NCBI GenBank assembly: GCA_024998815.1
Contig: JACEUQ010000003.1
Span: forward strand, 259,900 to 323,899
Direction: 5' to 3'
From: Opitutus sp.
Lineage (GTDB): Bacteria > Verrucomicrobiota > Verrucomicrobiia > Opitutales > Opitutaceae
DNA length: 64,000 bases
Shown here piece after piece: positions 1 through 9,320 of this stretch. The notes beneath the pieces are model-generated. The model was not told the origin of the DNA, made no database searches, and saw nothing but the letters and a program-made list of their open reading frames with translations. The first letter of the stretch is position 1, and the number at the start of each line of letters is the position of its first letter. The translations under genes were made by a program, and so were the position numbers.

Positions 1-2
1 AG

Positions 3-437
3 AACTGGGCGCGCGAACTCGACGTGCCGCCCTTCAAGGTCTGCAACGGCGACATGCTGCTCAACATCGCCTACGCCGCCGAAGACGGAGACTCGGTCGA
101 AGGCATTCTCGGCAAAGTTAACCTAGGCAAGCGCCACGCCCGGCTCTCCGCGAACCTCGGCAGCGCCCTGCACCAAGGCATCGGCCGCGACCCGCAAACC
201 CTGCCCCGCCGCCCCCGCTCCGACCTTGCCCCGCTCACGCCGCGCGAAATCGCCCTGCAAGACCGCATCAAGGCGGACCGCGACCGCGTTGCCGCCGGGA
301 TCGGCCTTGAATCCACGCTGATCGCCAACCGCGCGCAACTGGCCCAGATCGCCCGCGCCCCCGACAAAATCGACGAAGTCCTGCTGCCCTGGCAGGCCAA
401 TTTGTTGCGTGGCGAAGCCTCGCTGCAGCCCGCCTGA
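3..437 (+). CDS. C-terminal part of ribonuclease D / HRDC-domain protein (5' end outside window)
   Basis: Frame open from the window edge: NWARELDVPPFKV...IANRAQLAQIAR...WQANLL, which resembles HRDC helices of RNase D-like proteins. Confidence 0.65.
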   Translation, partial: NWARELDVPPFKVCNGDMLLNIAYAAEDGDSVEGILGKVNLGKRHARLSANLGSALHQGIGRDPQTLPRRPRSDLAPLTPREIALQDRIKADRDRVAAGIGLESTLIANRAQLAQIARAPDKIDEVLLPWQANLLRGEASLQPA

Positions 438-592
438 GCGCACCCCCGCTGCATCCGGTTTTAACCTGATGACGAACACCCGCAACACGCGGAAAAACTC
501 ACCGTGTTACACCTGAACTCTCTCGGCAAAATCACCGCCATCGAGTTCGTTGATGCCGAAAAAAACCTGCCCGTAATCTTCAACCTCAGCCC

Positions 593-1003
593 ATGAGCGT
601 CGCCGCCAAACAAACCCAACTCCTCGAAGACCTCGGACTGATCGAGGACTCACAGGAGCGCCTTGCCGCCATCGTGGACCGTTCCCGCCGCCGGCCGGTT
701 TTCCCCGAAACGGCCAAAACCGACGCCCACCGGGTTACCGGCTGCATTTCCGCAGTCTGGGTTGCCGGCGAGCTACGCGGCGGCGTGCTTCACTTTCAAT
801 TCGAGGCCGACTCGCCGCTGGTCAAAGGCTTGGTCGCGCTGCTGGCGGACCTCTACGAAGGCGGCACACCCGCCGACATCGCCGCGACCGAGCCTACGCT
901 GCTCGACGAACTCGGCATCACGCGTGATTTGACGCCCACGCGCCGCAACGGCCTGGCGGCGGTGCGCACCCACATCGCCGCCATCGCCCGCTCGCACCTG
1001 TAA
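593..1003 (+). CDS. sufE: SufE family Fe-S cluster assembly protein
   Basis: RVTGCISAVW, FEADSPLVKGLVALL, LTPTRRNGL motifs; 136 aa. Confidence 0.85.
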   Translation: MSVAAKQTQLLEDLGLIEDSQERLAAIVDRSRRRPVFPETAKTDAHRVTGCISAVWVAGELRGGVLHFQFEADSPLVKGLVALLADLYEGGTPADIAATEPTLLDELGITRDLTPTRRNGLAAVRTHIAAIARSHL

Positions 1004-1041
1004 AGGTAACGAAGTCAGCCCCGCCTTCTCCGACGTTTTTA

Positions 1042-1118
1042 AAAGTAGCGCAGACTTCCAGTCTGCTCAGATCCGGAAACCCGATACATCCAAGCAGACT
1101 GGAAGTCTGCGCTACTTT
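1042..1118. repeat. REP family A (GTAG-type) inverted pair / REPIN
   Basis: Perfect 26-bp inverted arms AAAGTAGCGCAGACTTCCAGTCTGCT (1042-1067, 1093-1118); each arm is GTAG plus the hairpin GCAGAC-TTCCA-GTCTGC. Confidence 0.9.
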
Positions 1119-1148
1119 AAACCGCCCTTCCACCGCCCTCCGCCACCC

Positions 1149-2084
1149 ATGCTGCATGACGCGCACAACCACCTTCAAGACGAAGGGTTCGCCGCGCACC
1201 TGGAGCGCATCGCCGACTGCGCGCGCGAACTCGGGATTGCCGACATGGTGGTGAACGGCACCTGCGAAACCGACTGGCCCCTCGTCCACGCCCTCGCGCA
1301 ACGCTACGCCTTTGTTCGCCCCAGCTACGGCCTGCACCCCTGGGACGCGGGCAACCGCTCGCCCGCCTGGCTTGAAACCCTGCGCGCCCGCCTCGCCGCC
1401 GAACCCCGCGCCGCCATCGGCGAAATCGGTATCGACCGCTGGATCCTCGACTCGGCCCGCCCCGACGACGCTCGCCTGGCAGGCCTGCGCCGCGCCCCCC
1501 TCGCCGAGCAGACGGAGGTTTTTTTGGCGCAACTGGCATTGGCCACCGCCGAAAACCGCCCGGTGACGATTCACTGCCTACAAGCCTACGGGCAACTCGA
1601 CGAACTGCTGCACGCGCACCCCGTGCCCGCGCGCGGTTTTTTGCTCCATGCCTACGCCGGCCCCGCCGCGCTCATCCCCCGCTTTGCCGCCCTCGGCGCC
1701 TATTTCTCCTTCAACGGCTACTTCCTCAAAGACGCCCACGCCCCTGCGCACCCCAGCCCCAACTCCAACCCCAACTTCCACTCCAACTCCCACCCCAACC
1801 CAAAGTGTCACCTAATAGGTGACACTTTGGGTTGGGGCGGGCGGTTGGAGGCGTTTAAACGGGTGCCGCTGGACCGGCTTTTGGTGGAGACCGATGCGCC
1901 GGCCATGCCGCTGCCTACGGCTTGGCGCACCCATAAACTCCCGCCGGCAGCCGATAGCTCGCCCCTCAACCACCCCGGCAATCTCGAAGCCGCCTACATC
2001 GCCTTGGCGGCCTTACGCGGGATTCCGCTGGCAGAACTCACGTCGCAGGCCACCGCCAACTTCACCCGCTTGTTCGGGCCGTAA
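1149..2084 (+). CDS. TatD family metal-dependent hydrolase/nuclease with an in-frame repeat-derived insert
   Basis: DAHNH, YGLHPW, IGEIGID, TIHC, LLHAY, LLVETDAP motifs. Confidence 0.9.
   Translation: MLHDAHNHLQDEGFAAHLERIADCARELGIADMVVNGTCETDWPLVHALAQRYAFVRPSYGLHPWDAGNRSPAWLETLRARLAAEPRAAIGEIGIDRWILDSARPDDARLAGLRRAPLAEQTEVFLAQLALATAENRPVTIHCLQAYGQLDELLHAHPVPARGFLLHAYAGPAALIPRFAALGAYFSFNGYFLKDAHAPAHPSPNSNPNFHSNSHPNPKCHLIGDTLGWGGRLEAFKRVPLDRLLVETDAPAMPLPTAWRTHKLPPAADSSPLNHPGNLEAAYIALAALRGIPLAELTSQATANFTRLFGP
1793..1837. repeat. Perfect 22-bp inverted repeat with 1-nt spacer inside the TatD CDS
   Basis: CCCCAACCCAAAGTGTCACCTA-A-TAGGTGACACTTTGGGTTGGGG; the 27-bp core recurs at 4125-4151. Confidence 0.95.
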
Positions 2085-2197
2085 GCCCCAGCCCAACCAG
2101 TAAAACGCCCCTCCATCTGCCCCCCCTCCATGCGCTGCAAGCCCCAGGTAAACCTCACGACTCCGGCCCTGCGTTTCACTCCTCCCGTGCGCCCCTC

Positions 2198-2779
2198 ATG
2201 ACCCTGTCCCTGCGAACCCTCCTGTTAACCGGCCTGCTTGCCTGCGCAGCCCCTTTTGCCGCAGCCAGTGAACCTCCTCACACCGCCGCCCTGCGCGTCA
2301 GCGACGACGCCCAGGAAACCACCCTCCCGCTACGTGGCAACGGACTCCTGCGCTGGAAATGGCTGGTGAGGCTCTATCACGCCTCCTTGTACCTAGCGCC
2401 CTCGGCCATCGACGCCGTTTCCGCTGCACCCAAACGCTTGCGCATGGATTACCTGCATGGCTTCAGCCGGGCCGAAATGGTTCACGCCACCGAACAGACC
2501 ATCGGCCGCAACATCGATGCCGCCACGCTTTTGACCCTGCAGCCCTCGCTGGCTAAATGGAACGCCCTTTACCCCGCCATCAAAGTGGGCGACTGCCTTG
2601 AGTTCGACCATCTCTCCGGGGGATTCCTGATCATGCGCCACAACGGGACGGTCCTCGGGTCGCTTGTCGATGAGGTCTTCGCCCAGGCCCTCTTCGCCAT
2701 CTGGATAGGCGCCAACCCCGTTGACCGGGATCTGCGCCAAAAGCTGATTCAGCCCCAAGGCAGCGTTAGTAGGCAGTAA
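2198..2779 (+). CDS. Chalcone isomerase-like family secreted protein
   Basis: Signal peptide; LRGNGLLRWKWLVRLYHASLYL and FAQALFAIWIGANPVDRDLRQKL patterns. Confidence 0.75.
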   Translation: MTLSLRTLLLTGLLACAAPFAAASEPPHTAALRVSDDAQETTLPLRGNGLLRWKWLVRLYHASLYLAPSAIDAVSAAPKRLRMDYLHGFSRAEMVHATEQTIGRNIDAATLLTLQPSLAKWNALYPAIKVGDCLEFDHLSGGFLIMRHNGTVLGSLVDEVFAQALFAIWIGANPVDRDLRQKLIQPQGSVSRQ

Positions 2780-2832
2780 CCTTCGAGATGTCGGATCCAA
2801 CGGGTGTGGATTGCCGAAGGTTAACACTCCTA

Positions 2833-2923
2833 CATCAGTGAATATCAGTGCTCATCAGTGGTTAACTTGTATGGGGTTCACCGATCCGGGAGCGGAGTTT
2901 TTAACCACTGATGAACACTGATA
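2833..2923. repeat. Intergenic repeat family D (ATCAGTG units in inverted arrangement)
   Basis: TATCAGTGCTCATCAGTGGTTAA (2843-2865) vs TTAACCACTGATGAACACTGATA (2901-2923), 1 mismatch; lies between convergent genes. Confidence 0.8.
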
Positions 2924-2940
2924 AACCGAGACGGGAGCCG

Positions 2941-3807
2941 TCAGCCGAAGGCGAGACCCACGAGTTCGCGCAGGCGTTGCGGGTCGGTGGCGGAGGTCTT
3001 GGCGACGAAACCGCGGGCGTGCGCAAAGTGGACATCCGCCTCGCCGGCGATGCGGGTGAAGTCGAGTCGTTGGTTATCGCGGTGGCGGGTCAGCCCATAA
3101 CCTCCGCTGCGGCGATCGGGCGAAATGAGGGCGAGTACCCGGTTGCCCAGCCCCTGGCTTTCCACGTAGCGCTCGACGCCCGCCGAGGGATCGCCGGGCA
3201 GCGGTTCGGTGCGCGGAAGAAAGAGCACGCTCGGTGCGCCGGAGACGGTTTCGAGCGTCCAGATTTCGGCGTGGGTGCCGATGAAGTCCAGTCGCTCGCG
3301 CACGGAGCGCACGTACCCAAGCAGATCCTCGCCGATCATACGCATGATCTCCCAGAGCGGGTCGCCGTGCGCGAGACGCGTGGCTTGGGCGAAGCGGCGC
3401 AGGAGAGTGCCGTCGATTGGAGAGTTGAGTTTGCCAACGATGTCGCGGTCGACGCCGAGCCAGCGCGCGGTATCCATGGGGCCGCGACAGTCGAACCATT
3501 CGGCCGGTTCGAGCCATTCGCAGAACGCGCGCGTATCCTCATAGAGCCCGAGGTGGCGTAGCACCAAGGAGAGGGCGCACGTGGGCACGTAGTCGCGGGG
3601 CAATTGGTGGTGGTCGAAGTTGTTGAGCGCCGGGTCGTGGGAGAGGCCCACGTCGACGACGGCCATGGTGGTATCGGCCAAGTCGGCCGGTGAAGGCTCG
3701 CGGCGCAAGATGGGTGTGGGGTGCACCGCAAGCAGCACGCTACAAGCGAGAAACTCGTCCTTATGCGCCCCGCCGGGGTGGGTCAAAATCGTGGAGAAAG
3801 GCGTCAT
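2941..3807 (-). CDS. MYG1 (UPF0160) family protein
   Basis: ILTHPGGAHKDEFLAC, VVDVG, NNFDHHQ motifs. Confidence 0.85.
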   Translation of the reverse strand: MTPFSTILTHPGGAHKDEFLACSVLLAVHPTPILRREPSPADLADTTMAVVDVGLSHDPALNNFDHHQLPRDYVPTCALSLVLRHLGLYEDTRAFCEWLEPAEWFDCRGPMDTARWLGVDRDIVGKLNSPIDGTLLRRFAQATRLAHGDPLWEIMRMIGEDLLGYVRSVRERLDFIGTHAEIWTLETVSGAPSVLFLPRTEPLPGDPSAGVERYVESQGLGNRVLALISPDRRSGGYGLTRHRDNQRLDFTRIAGEADVHFAHARGFVAKTSATDPQRLRELVGLAFG

Positions 3808-3871
3808 TAGGCGCCGACGCTACCGGTTCTGCGCAGCGCGGCAATGGTGCCGCGAGAAAAACCTTCGTGCA

Positions 3872-4067
3872 GGGCGCATCCCAGTTTTTGAATAGTGAGC
3901 TGCTTTTCGCTGGAAAAAACGGGTCCTAGTGCCGTGTAGGTTCGTGCTCAGCGAAGCGGTGCGTGGCCCTGAGCGTGAGCTCAGGGTCTGGATGCGCAAA
4001 CACCGCGTAATCCCTGAGCTCACGCTCAGGGCCACAGGTATTGCTTTCCAGAAACTGAGATGCGCCC
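3872..4067. mobile_element. 196-bp MITE containing a REP-B inverted pair
   Basis: TIR GGGCGCATC(C/T)CAGTTT; 9-bp direct repeat CTTCGTGCA at 3863-3871 and 4068-4076; inverted sister copy at 15098-15385. Confidence 0.85.
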
Positions 4068-4119
4068 CTTCGTGCATCTCCACCGTTGCCAAAAAACCAT
4101 CGTCTCCGGCCCTCCCTCC

Positions 4120-4156
4120 AAGCCAAAGTGTCACCTAATAGGTGACACTTTAGGTT
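4120..4156. repeat. Second copy of the AAAGTGTCACCTAATAGGTGACACTTT palindrome, just downstream of the PhoD-like gene
   Basis: 27-bp core identical to 1802-1828. Confidence 0.9.
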
Positions 4157-4161
4157 CTGCC

Positions 4162-5532
4162 TCACGGCAGGGTGAACTCGAGCTGGATCGGGATCGCGCC
4201 CTGCGCGTCGCGTTCGGAGATGAGCACCTGGTGGCCGAGGCCGTCGGCGCCTTGGCGGCCGCTCCACTTTACCCGGATCTGGCGGCCGTCGTCTTCAATG
4301 TCCACCAGCCCGAATTGATTGAGCGTGTCGGTGGGCAGGCTTTGGTAACGGGCGCCGTGGCTGTAGGGGCCGCCTTTGTAGCTTCCGCGGTTGGCAATGG
4401 GGCCCGCTTGAAACACACGAATCGGCGCGCCTCCGCCTGTGGCGAAATCGCTGTTCGATCCGTCGTCGATCGCCGTCAGGTGAGCGTCACCCGACAAAAT
4501 CACCACCCGCCCGGTCAGGCCGTTCGCCTTGATAAAATCCGCGATTTCGGTGCGGTGCGCCGGGTAGCCTTGCCAACGATCGTCTTTGCTCGGTGCGCCA
4601 TTCCAGGGCACCGAGGACACCCAAAAAATCAGCGGACAATGCGCGTCACGTGCGGCGAGCAGTTCGGCGCGCAGCCAGGCGTCTTGCGCCGCACTCATCA
4701 TCCGCCGGCCGGCCGGATCACGTTCACTGCGCAGGTCGGAGAGGATAAAACGCACACGGCCCACCGTGAAGGCTTGGTCCACCGGAGCGCGGGGGGTTTC
4801 CGCCGCCACGGTCAGCGGGTAATGCGGCACCAGTTCGCGGTAATTACGCAGTGAGGCCTCGCGGCTGGGACTGGTGCGGTTGCTGTCGTTGGGGCCATAA
4901 TCGTGGTCGTCCCACTGGTAAACGAGCGGCGTGTTCGCCAGTAGCGTGCGCAAGCGCGGAGCGGCAAGGTGGGCATCGTAGGCCGCCCGAAAAACTTCGA
5001 CGCGGTTTTCGGCGATGTCGGCGTAATGAAAATCGCCGGTGTGCAGAAAAAAACGCGCGCCTTGCGCGGCGGCGGCGGTAAAAACCGGTGAGTTTTTCAC
5101 GCGCGCGCAGGAGCCCACTGCGAAGGAAAAACTGGCGGGCTTCCACGGCGCGGGAAAGGTGCGGAAGGAGCGCGCCTCGTCGTCGAGCGGAGTGCCGGTG
5201 GCCGCAATGAAACGGTAACAGTAGGTCGTATCGGGCCGGAGTCCACCGAGGTTAAAACGGTGCAGCGTGCCGGCGTCCATGGGTGCGGTCAGCACGGGAG
5301 CGATGAGTGATGGCGGAGCGGCGAGCAGTTCCAGTCGGGCGGACGTGGCGGTGTTGAGGCGGGCGGTGACGACCGCTTGCGCCTCGGTCAGTCCCCCCAC
5401 CCAAGCCCAGCCGACGGGGCTGGCAGATGTGGGGGCAGCGGGAGCCGGTGCGAGTTCGGCAGCGCGAGTCGGCGGAAAGCTGAAAGTTAGACTGAGCGCG
5501 AGGGCGAGGAACCGAAGGAAGAGGAAGCGCAT
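4162..5532 (-). CDS. Alkaline phosphatase D (PhoD-like) family protein, secreted
   Basis: Signal peptide; FAVGSC, LHTGDFHYAD, QWDDHDYGPND, LSGDAH motifs. Confidence 0.88.
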   Translation of the reverse strand: MRFLFLRFLALALSLTFSFPPTRAAELAPAPAAPTSASPVGWAWVGGLTEAQAVVTARLNTATSARLELLAAPPSLIAPVLTAPMDAGTLHRFNLGGLRPDTTYCYRFIAATGTPLDDEARSFRTFPAPWKPASFSFAVGSCARVKNSPVFTAAAAQGARFFLHTGDFHYADIAENRVEVFRAAYDAHLAAPRLRTLLANTPLVYQWDDHDYGPNDSNRTSPSREASLRNYRELVPHYPLTVAAETPRAPVDQAFTVGRVRFILSDLRSERDPAGRRMMSAAQDAWLRAELLAARDAHCPLIFWVSSVPWNGAPSKDDRWQGYPAHRTEIADFIKANGLTGRVVILSGDAHLTAIDDGSNSDFATGGGAPIRVFQAGPIANRGSYKGGPYSHGARYQSLPTDTLNQFGLVDIEDDGRQIRVKWSGRQGADGLGHQVLISERDAQGAIPIQLEFTLP

Positions 5533-5579
5533 GAGGTAGGATTAGAATCGGAGTGAACGACGCCACATTCGGTGAGAGG

Positions 5580-6707
5580 CTAGGGACTGCGACGGGGTGA
5601 AGGCGCGGGATCGGGCTTCCACGCGTAGCCTTTAGCCTCGGCGTCGGCCCAGAGCAGCGGCCAGTTGCGGCGGAACTGTTCGGGGCCGTTGACCTGCCAC
5701 TGGCTCCAACCGAAACCCAGGCGCTCGCAGGTTTGAAGGACGAATTCGTCGCTGCCGAAACTCACAGAACGCTCACTATCACCGGCCTTCAGCCCGAGTT
5801 TCTCCGCCGTGTACCCGGCGGGAAAGTTGTTCTCTGAGGGCCAGCCGGGGAAATCGCGGTGCAAGGCGCGAAGGTTTTCCGCCTTGGGAAACAGGTTCGG
5901 ATCGGCGTGGTAAAGGTGGTAGGCCACGGAGGTCTTGGACCAGTCAATGGGGCCGGCGAGCTTTTGAAAAAAACGCGTGAGGTTGCCCATGGCCGTGAGT
6001 GTTCCCCAGCCGGAAACGCCAGCGGGCGAGAGAATCATCAGGTGAGTTGCTGGCGCGAGCGTGCGAGCGGTGGCGTGGACGCGAACCAGTGCTTCGAGGG
6101 TGCCCGTAGCGGCAGGGTCGAGGGCACCGTCGTGGCCGGGTCCGGCGAGGGGCTCGTTGGCGAGTTCGTAGATGACGTGGGTGCGGTTGGCGAAAAACGG
6201 GGCGACGGCGCGCCACAGTCCGTTGTTGAGCTTTTCGTCGTATTTCGGTGCCGGTCCCGGGACGCGGTTGTGGGCGTTGACGATGGCGTAGAGGCCGTTT
6301 TTCGAACAGAGGTTCACGGCGTGCTCGATGCGCTTCAGCATGGCCTGGCGGTACTCGGGGTTGTCCCAATCGTACTTCCGATAACCCTCTTCGTGGATCC
6401 ACACGTCGAAGAGGATCAGGCGCACGGCGTTGAGCCCGGCTTTGCGCAGGTCCGCGTAGTAGGAGTCGGGCGGTTCCGTGGGCGGCTCCGACCAGAGCCA
6501 AGCGGTGCCGGCGCGCAGCGGCGTGTTTGCATCGGTGCGCAGAACCTTGAGTCGGGTGTTCGGCTGATCGACATCCGCGATCTCGACGACGCGGATACGG
6601 GCGCGGTCGGTGCGAAGCGGAGGGGAAAGCGTTTGGGCGGCGGCAAACGATGCGGTGCAGACGAGCGCGAAGGAGACAAGGGTGATGAGGGTAAGGAGTG
6701 GCCTCAT
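5580..6707 (-). CDS. Glycoside hydrolase family 5-like secreted protein
   Basis: Signal peptide; GLNAVRL, YAIVNAH, VIYELANEP (acid/base), AYHLY, PSENN (nucleophile region). Confidence 0.75.
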   Translation of the reverse strand: MRPLLTLITLVSFALVCTASFAAAQTLSPPLRTDRARIRVVEIADVDQPNTRLKVLRTDANTPLRAGTAWLWSEPPTEPPDSYYADLRKAGLNAVRLILFDVWIHEEGYRKYDWDNPEYRQAMLKRIEHAVNLCSKNGLYAIVNAHNRVPGPAPKYDEKLNNGLWRAVAPFFANRTHVIYELANEPLAGPGHDGALDPAATGTLEALVRVHATARTLAPATHLMILSPAGVSGWGTLTAMGNLTRFFQKLAGPIDWSKTSVAYHLYHADPNLFPKAENLRALHRDFPGWPSENNFPAGYTAEKLGLKAGDSERSVSFGSDEFVLQTCERLGFGWSQWQVNGPEQFRRNWPLLWADAEAKGYAWKPDPAPSPRRSP

Positions 6708-6807
6708 GGGGTTGAGGGTGGTTGAGCGGGTTCGTCGTAAGGATGATGCCTGCCTTGCAGGGGAAAAAAATCCGCAAACATGGCCAGATCCCCGTGGGAT
6801 CGGCCGA

Positions 6808-7956
6808 CTAATGAGAGCCGCGCGATCCGTCTTTCGTCGCCGCTAGAGCATTACGGAGCGCCCACACTTGGCCAATGGGAACGTCTTTCACGTAGACCTC
6901 GATCGCCCAGTCGGTGCCCTCGATCTTGCGCGAGAAAATCAAGGTCGCCCACTTGGGCAGGGTATCGACGGTATCCCACTTGTAACGATCCCACCACTCG
7001 ATCTCGTGCAGTAGCGAAGTCTGCACTCGCACGCAGGCAAACATCCACCCCATCCCATACAGGGGCTTCGATTGTCCTGCGGACATGATGACGGCCCGAT
7101 TATCACCACTGCCGGTCCACGAAGAATAAAACAACGGCTCGCCTACCTCGTGGTAGATTTTCTCATCAGGCGACTTATAGCCGTGCAAGGCATGCCCCGG
7201 CGCCACTGCCTGCGATTCGATCACACAAGTAACCGACAGAAACTCACGTTTGATCGACTGCAACAGAGCCGACGTCACGCTCATTTTCCTCCCCGCCATC
7301 TTGCCGTGCCAGGTGCGAAACCAGTCGGCCACCAATCGACGGTGCTCCGCGGTTCTCACCAACGACCAACTGGTCAACGGACCGTCGTAGATGCGCGTCA
7401 GCTGCGTCAGCGCCCGAAAACAATCCCTATTAGTGGAACTGTCCGGAGGATTCTCCAGACCTTCGATCAACTCCGGAAATATGGCGGGGTCCTGAATGCG
7501 TTTTTGTTCAACCAGGTAGGCGATGAGGCTCGCCGCCTCCATTCCCTGGCCGTGCCTCACGCGCAACGGATGATACAGAGGCAGTGCGTTCCAAAAAGGC
7601 GTCCACTCATGCGGTTCCTTGAATGCCCGCCACGACTGGTCGCCATGCACCGCCAATTCCCGGGTGATCGGAATCCACTTGGCCAACTCGGGCAACAAGC
7701 GCCGCAACTCCGCATCGCCAAACTCCGCGTAAGACGGAGGGTTCAGGTCACCAAACAGTCGGCAATCGCCTGTCTCCCAGCCACGCAACACCCGCTCAAA
7801 GTTCGGCTCCGAAGCTGCGCCTGAGATGCTCCCGACTAACAAGAGCATCCACCAAAAGCGGGCGATTCCGAACGGGACCGGCCGTGTTTTCGTGTTTTTA
7901 AAGGGGGCGACGAACTTGAGTCCACTGAGCATCGCTAGGGCCGGTCCGGAATTCAT
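6808..7956 (-). CDS. Hypothetical protein, possible signal peptide
   Basis: 382-aa ORF filling the gap between the GH5 gene and ruvB; hydrophobic FWWMLLLVGSISGA segment; no motif recognised. Confidence 0.6.
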   Translation of the reverse strand: MNSGPALAMLSGLKFVAPFKNTKTRPVPFGIARFWWMLLLVGSISGAASEPNFERVLRGWETGDCRLFGDLNPPSYAEFGDAELRRLLPELAKWIPITRELAVHGDQSWRAFKEPHEWTPFWNALPLYHPLRVRHGQGMEAASLIAYLVEQKRIQDPAIFPELIEGLENPPDSSTNRDCFRALTQLTRIYDGPLTSWSLVRTAEHRRLVADWFRTWHGKMAGRKMSVTSALLQSIKREFLSVTCVIESQAVAPGHALHGYKSPDEKIYHEVGEPLFYSSWTGSGDNRAVIMSAGQSKPLYGMGWMFACVRVQTSLLHEIEWWDRYKWDTVDTLPKWATLIFSRKIEGTDWAIEVYVKDVPIGQVWALRNALAATKDGSRGSH

Positions 7957-8064
7957 GGTGGCTATGAGGTTGGAACGGTAACGGATGTAGCTGAGCCGAA
8001 AGAATGGAAGCCTGAAGGCGTTGCGGACGAAAGAGGACGAGCAAGAAAACGATTGGGCGGGGGG

Positions 8065-9126
8065 CTACAGCAGCGTGCCCTGGTCGCCACCGTTGCCGAC
8101 CGCGGTCTTGAGGCCGATGGCGAGGTAGCCTTTGGCGGTCAACATGCGGCCCTGGGGCGTGCGTTGCAGGTAGCCTTCTTGGATGAGGAACGGTTCATGA
8201 ACTTCCTCGAGCGTTTCGGCTTCTTCGCCCACCGCCACCGCGATGGTGCCCAGGCCGACCGGGCCGCCTTTGTAGTTTTCAGCCATGATGCGCAGCACGC
8301 GTTTGTCCATTTCGTCGAGGCCAGCAGCGTCGATCTCTAGGAGCTCAAGGGCGGCGGCGGCGGTGTCGCGTGTGATGTTGCCGGTGGCCCGCTCCTGCGC
8401 GTAGTCGCGACAGAAGTTGATCAAATTATTCGCAATGCGGGGCGTGCCGCGGGAGCGCGTCGCGATCTCCTTGGCGCCGCCTTGGTCGATCGCGACGTTG
8501 AGCAGTCCGCAACTGCGGGTAACGATCCCCATGAGCGTGGTCACATCATAGTACTCAAGGCGCGTCTGGAGGGTGAAACGCGAGCGCAGCGGGGCGGTGA
8601 GCAGGCCGGCGCGGGTGGTCGCGCCGATCAGGGTGAAACGCGGAATCGAGAGGCGCACGCTGCGGGCGTTGGGTCCTTGGTCGATCATGATGTCGATGCG
8701 GAAGTCCTCCATCGCGCTGTAGAGGTATTCCTCGACCGTTTTGGGGATGCGGTGGATCTCGTCGATGAACAACAAATCGCCTTCTTCTAGGCTGGTGAGC
8801 AGGCCTGCAAGGTCGCCGGCTTTTTCGACCACGGGGCCCGAGGTCACGCGGACGTTGCGGCCCATCTCGTGGCCGAGGATGAACGAGAGCGTGGTCTTGC
8901 CCAGGCCGGGCGGGCCGGAAAGCAGGATGTGATTGAGCGGGTCACCGCGGCGTTTTGCGGCGCCGACCATGACCTGCAGGCGCTCGACGGTTTTGGGCTG
9001 ACCGGTGAAGTCGGAAAAGGAGAGCGGGCGCAGCGCGGCCTCAGCGGAGGTGACGGGCGCGGCGAGCGTCGAGGCGAGGTAACCGAGGCCTTTGTCTTTG
9101 GAATTATCGGGAGCAGCGGGAGGCAT
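8065..9126 (-). CDS. ruvB: Holliday junction branch migration helicase RuvB
   Basis: LRPLSFSDFTGQ, GPPGLGKTT, FIDEIHR, GATTRAGLLTAPLRSRF, RSRGTPRIAN, RTPQGR; start placed at ATG 9126. Confidence 0.97.
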   Translation of the reverse strand: MPPAAPDNSKDKGLGYLASTLAAPVTSAEAALRPLSFSDFTGQPKTVERLQVMVGAAKRRGDPLNHILLSGPPGLGKTTLSFILGHEMGRNVRVTSGPVVEKAGDLAGLLTSLEEGDLLFIDEIHRIPKTVEEYLYSAMEDFRIDIMIDQGPNARSVRLSIPRFTLIGATTRAGLLTAPLRSRFTLQTRLEYYDVTTLMGIVTRSCGLLNVAIDQGGAKEIATRSRGTPRIANNLINFCRDYAQERATGNITRDTAAAALELLEIDAAGLDEMDKRVLRIMAENYKGGPVGLGTIAVAVGEEAETLEEVHEPFLIQEGYLQRTPQGRMLTAKGYLAIGLKTAVGNGGDQGTLL

Positions 9127-9159
9127 TGTGAGGCAAATGAGGGGTGGCGGCGGGCGCCG

Positions 9160-9192
9160 AATGACCAATGACCAATGACCAATGACCAATGA
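9160..9192. repeat. Heptamer tandem array (AATGACC)4.7 between murA and ruvB
   Basis: Perfect tandem units; degenerate complementary units at about 9279-9299. Confidence 0.9.
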
Positions 9193-9299
9193 AAACGCGG
9201 GCGGCGGCAGCTAGGTGGTGGCGTGGCATGACAGGCGGGGTGGGGTGGTATTCAGTGTTGCTCAGGGCGAAACCCGTTGGGTATTGGGCATTCGTCATT

Positions 9300-9320
9300 C
9301 CCGCGCGCGAAGCGCGCGGG
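9300..9320 (-). terminator. GC-rich hairpin abutting the murA stop codon
   Basis: CCCGCGCGC-GAA-GCGCGCGGG; no clear U-tract. Confidence 0.45.

Noticed and set aside
9127-9189. N-terminal RuvB extension MVIGHWSLVIRR in the ORF track
   Set aside because: It is the translation of the AATGACC heptamer array; ATG 9126 gives a normal-length RuvB.
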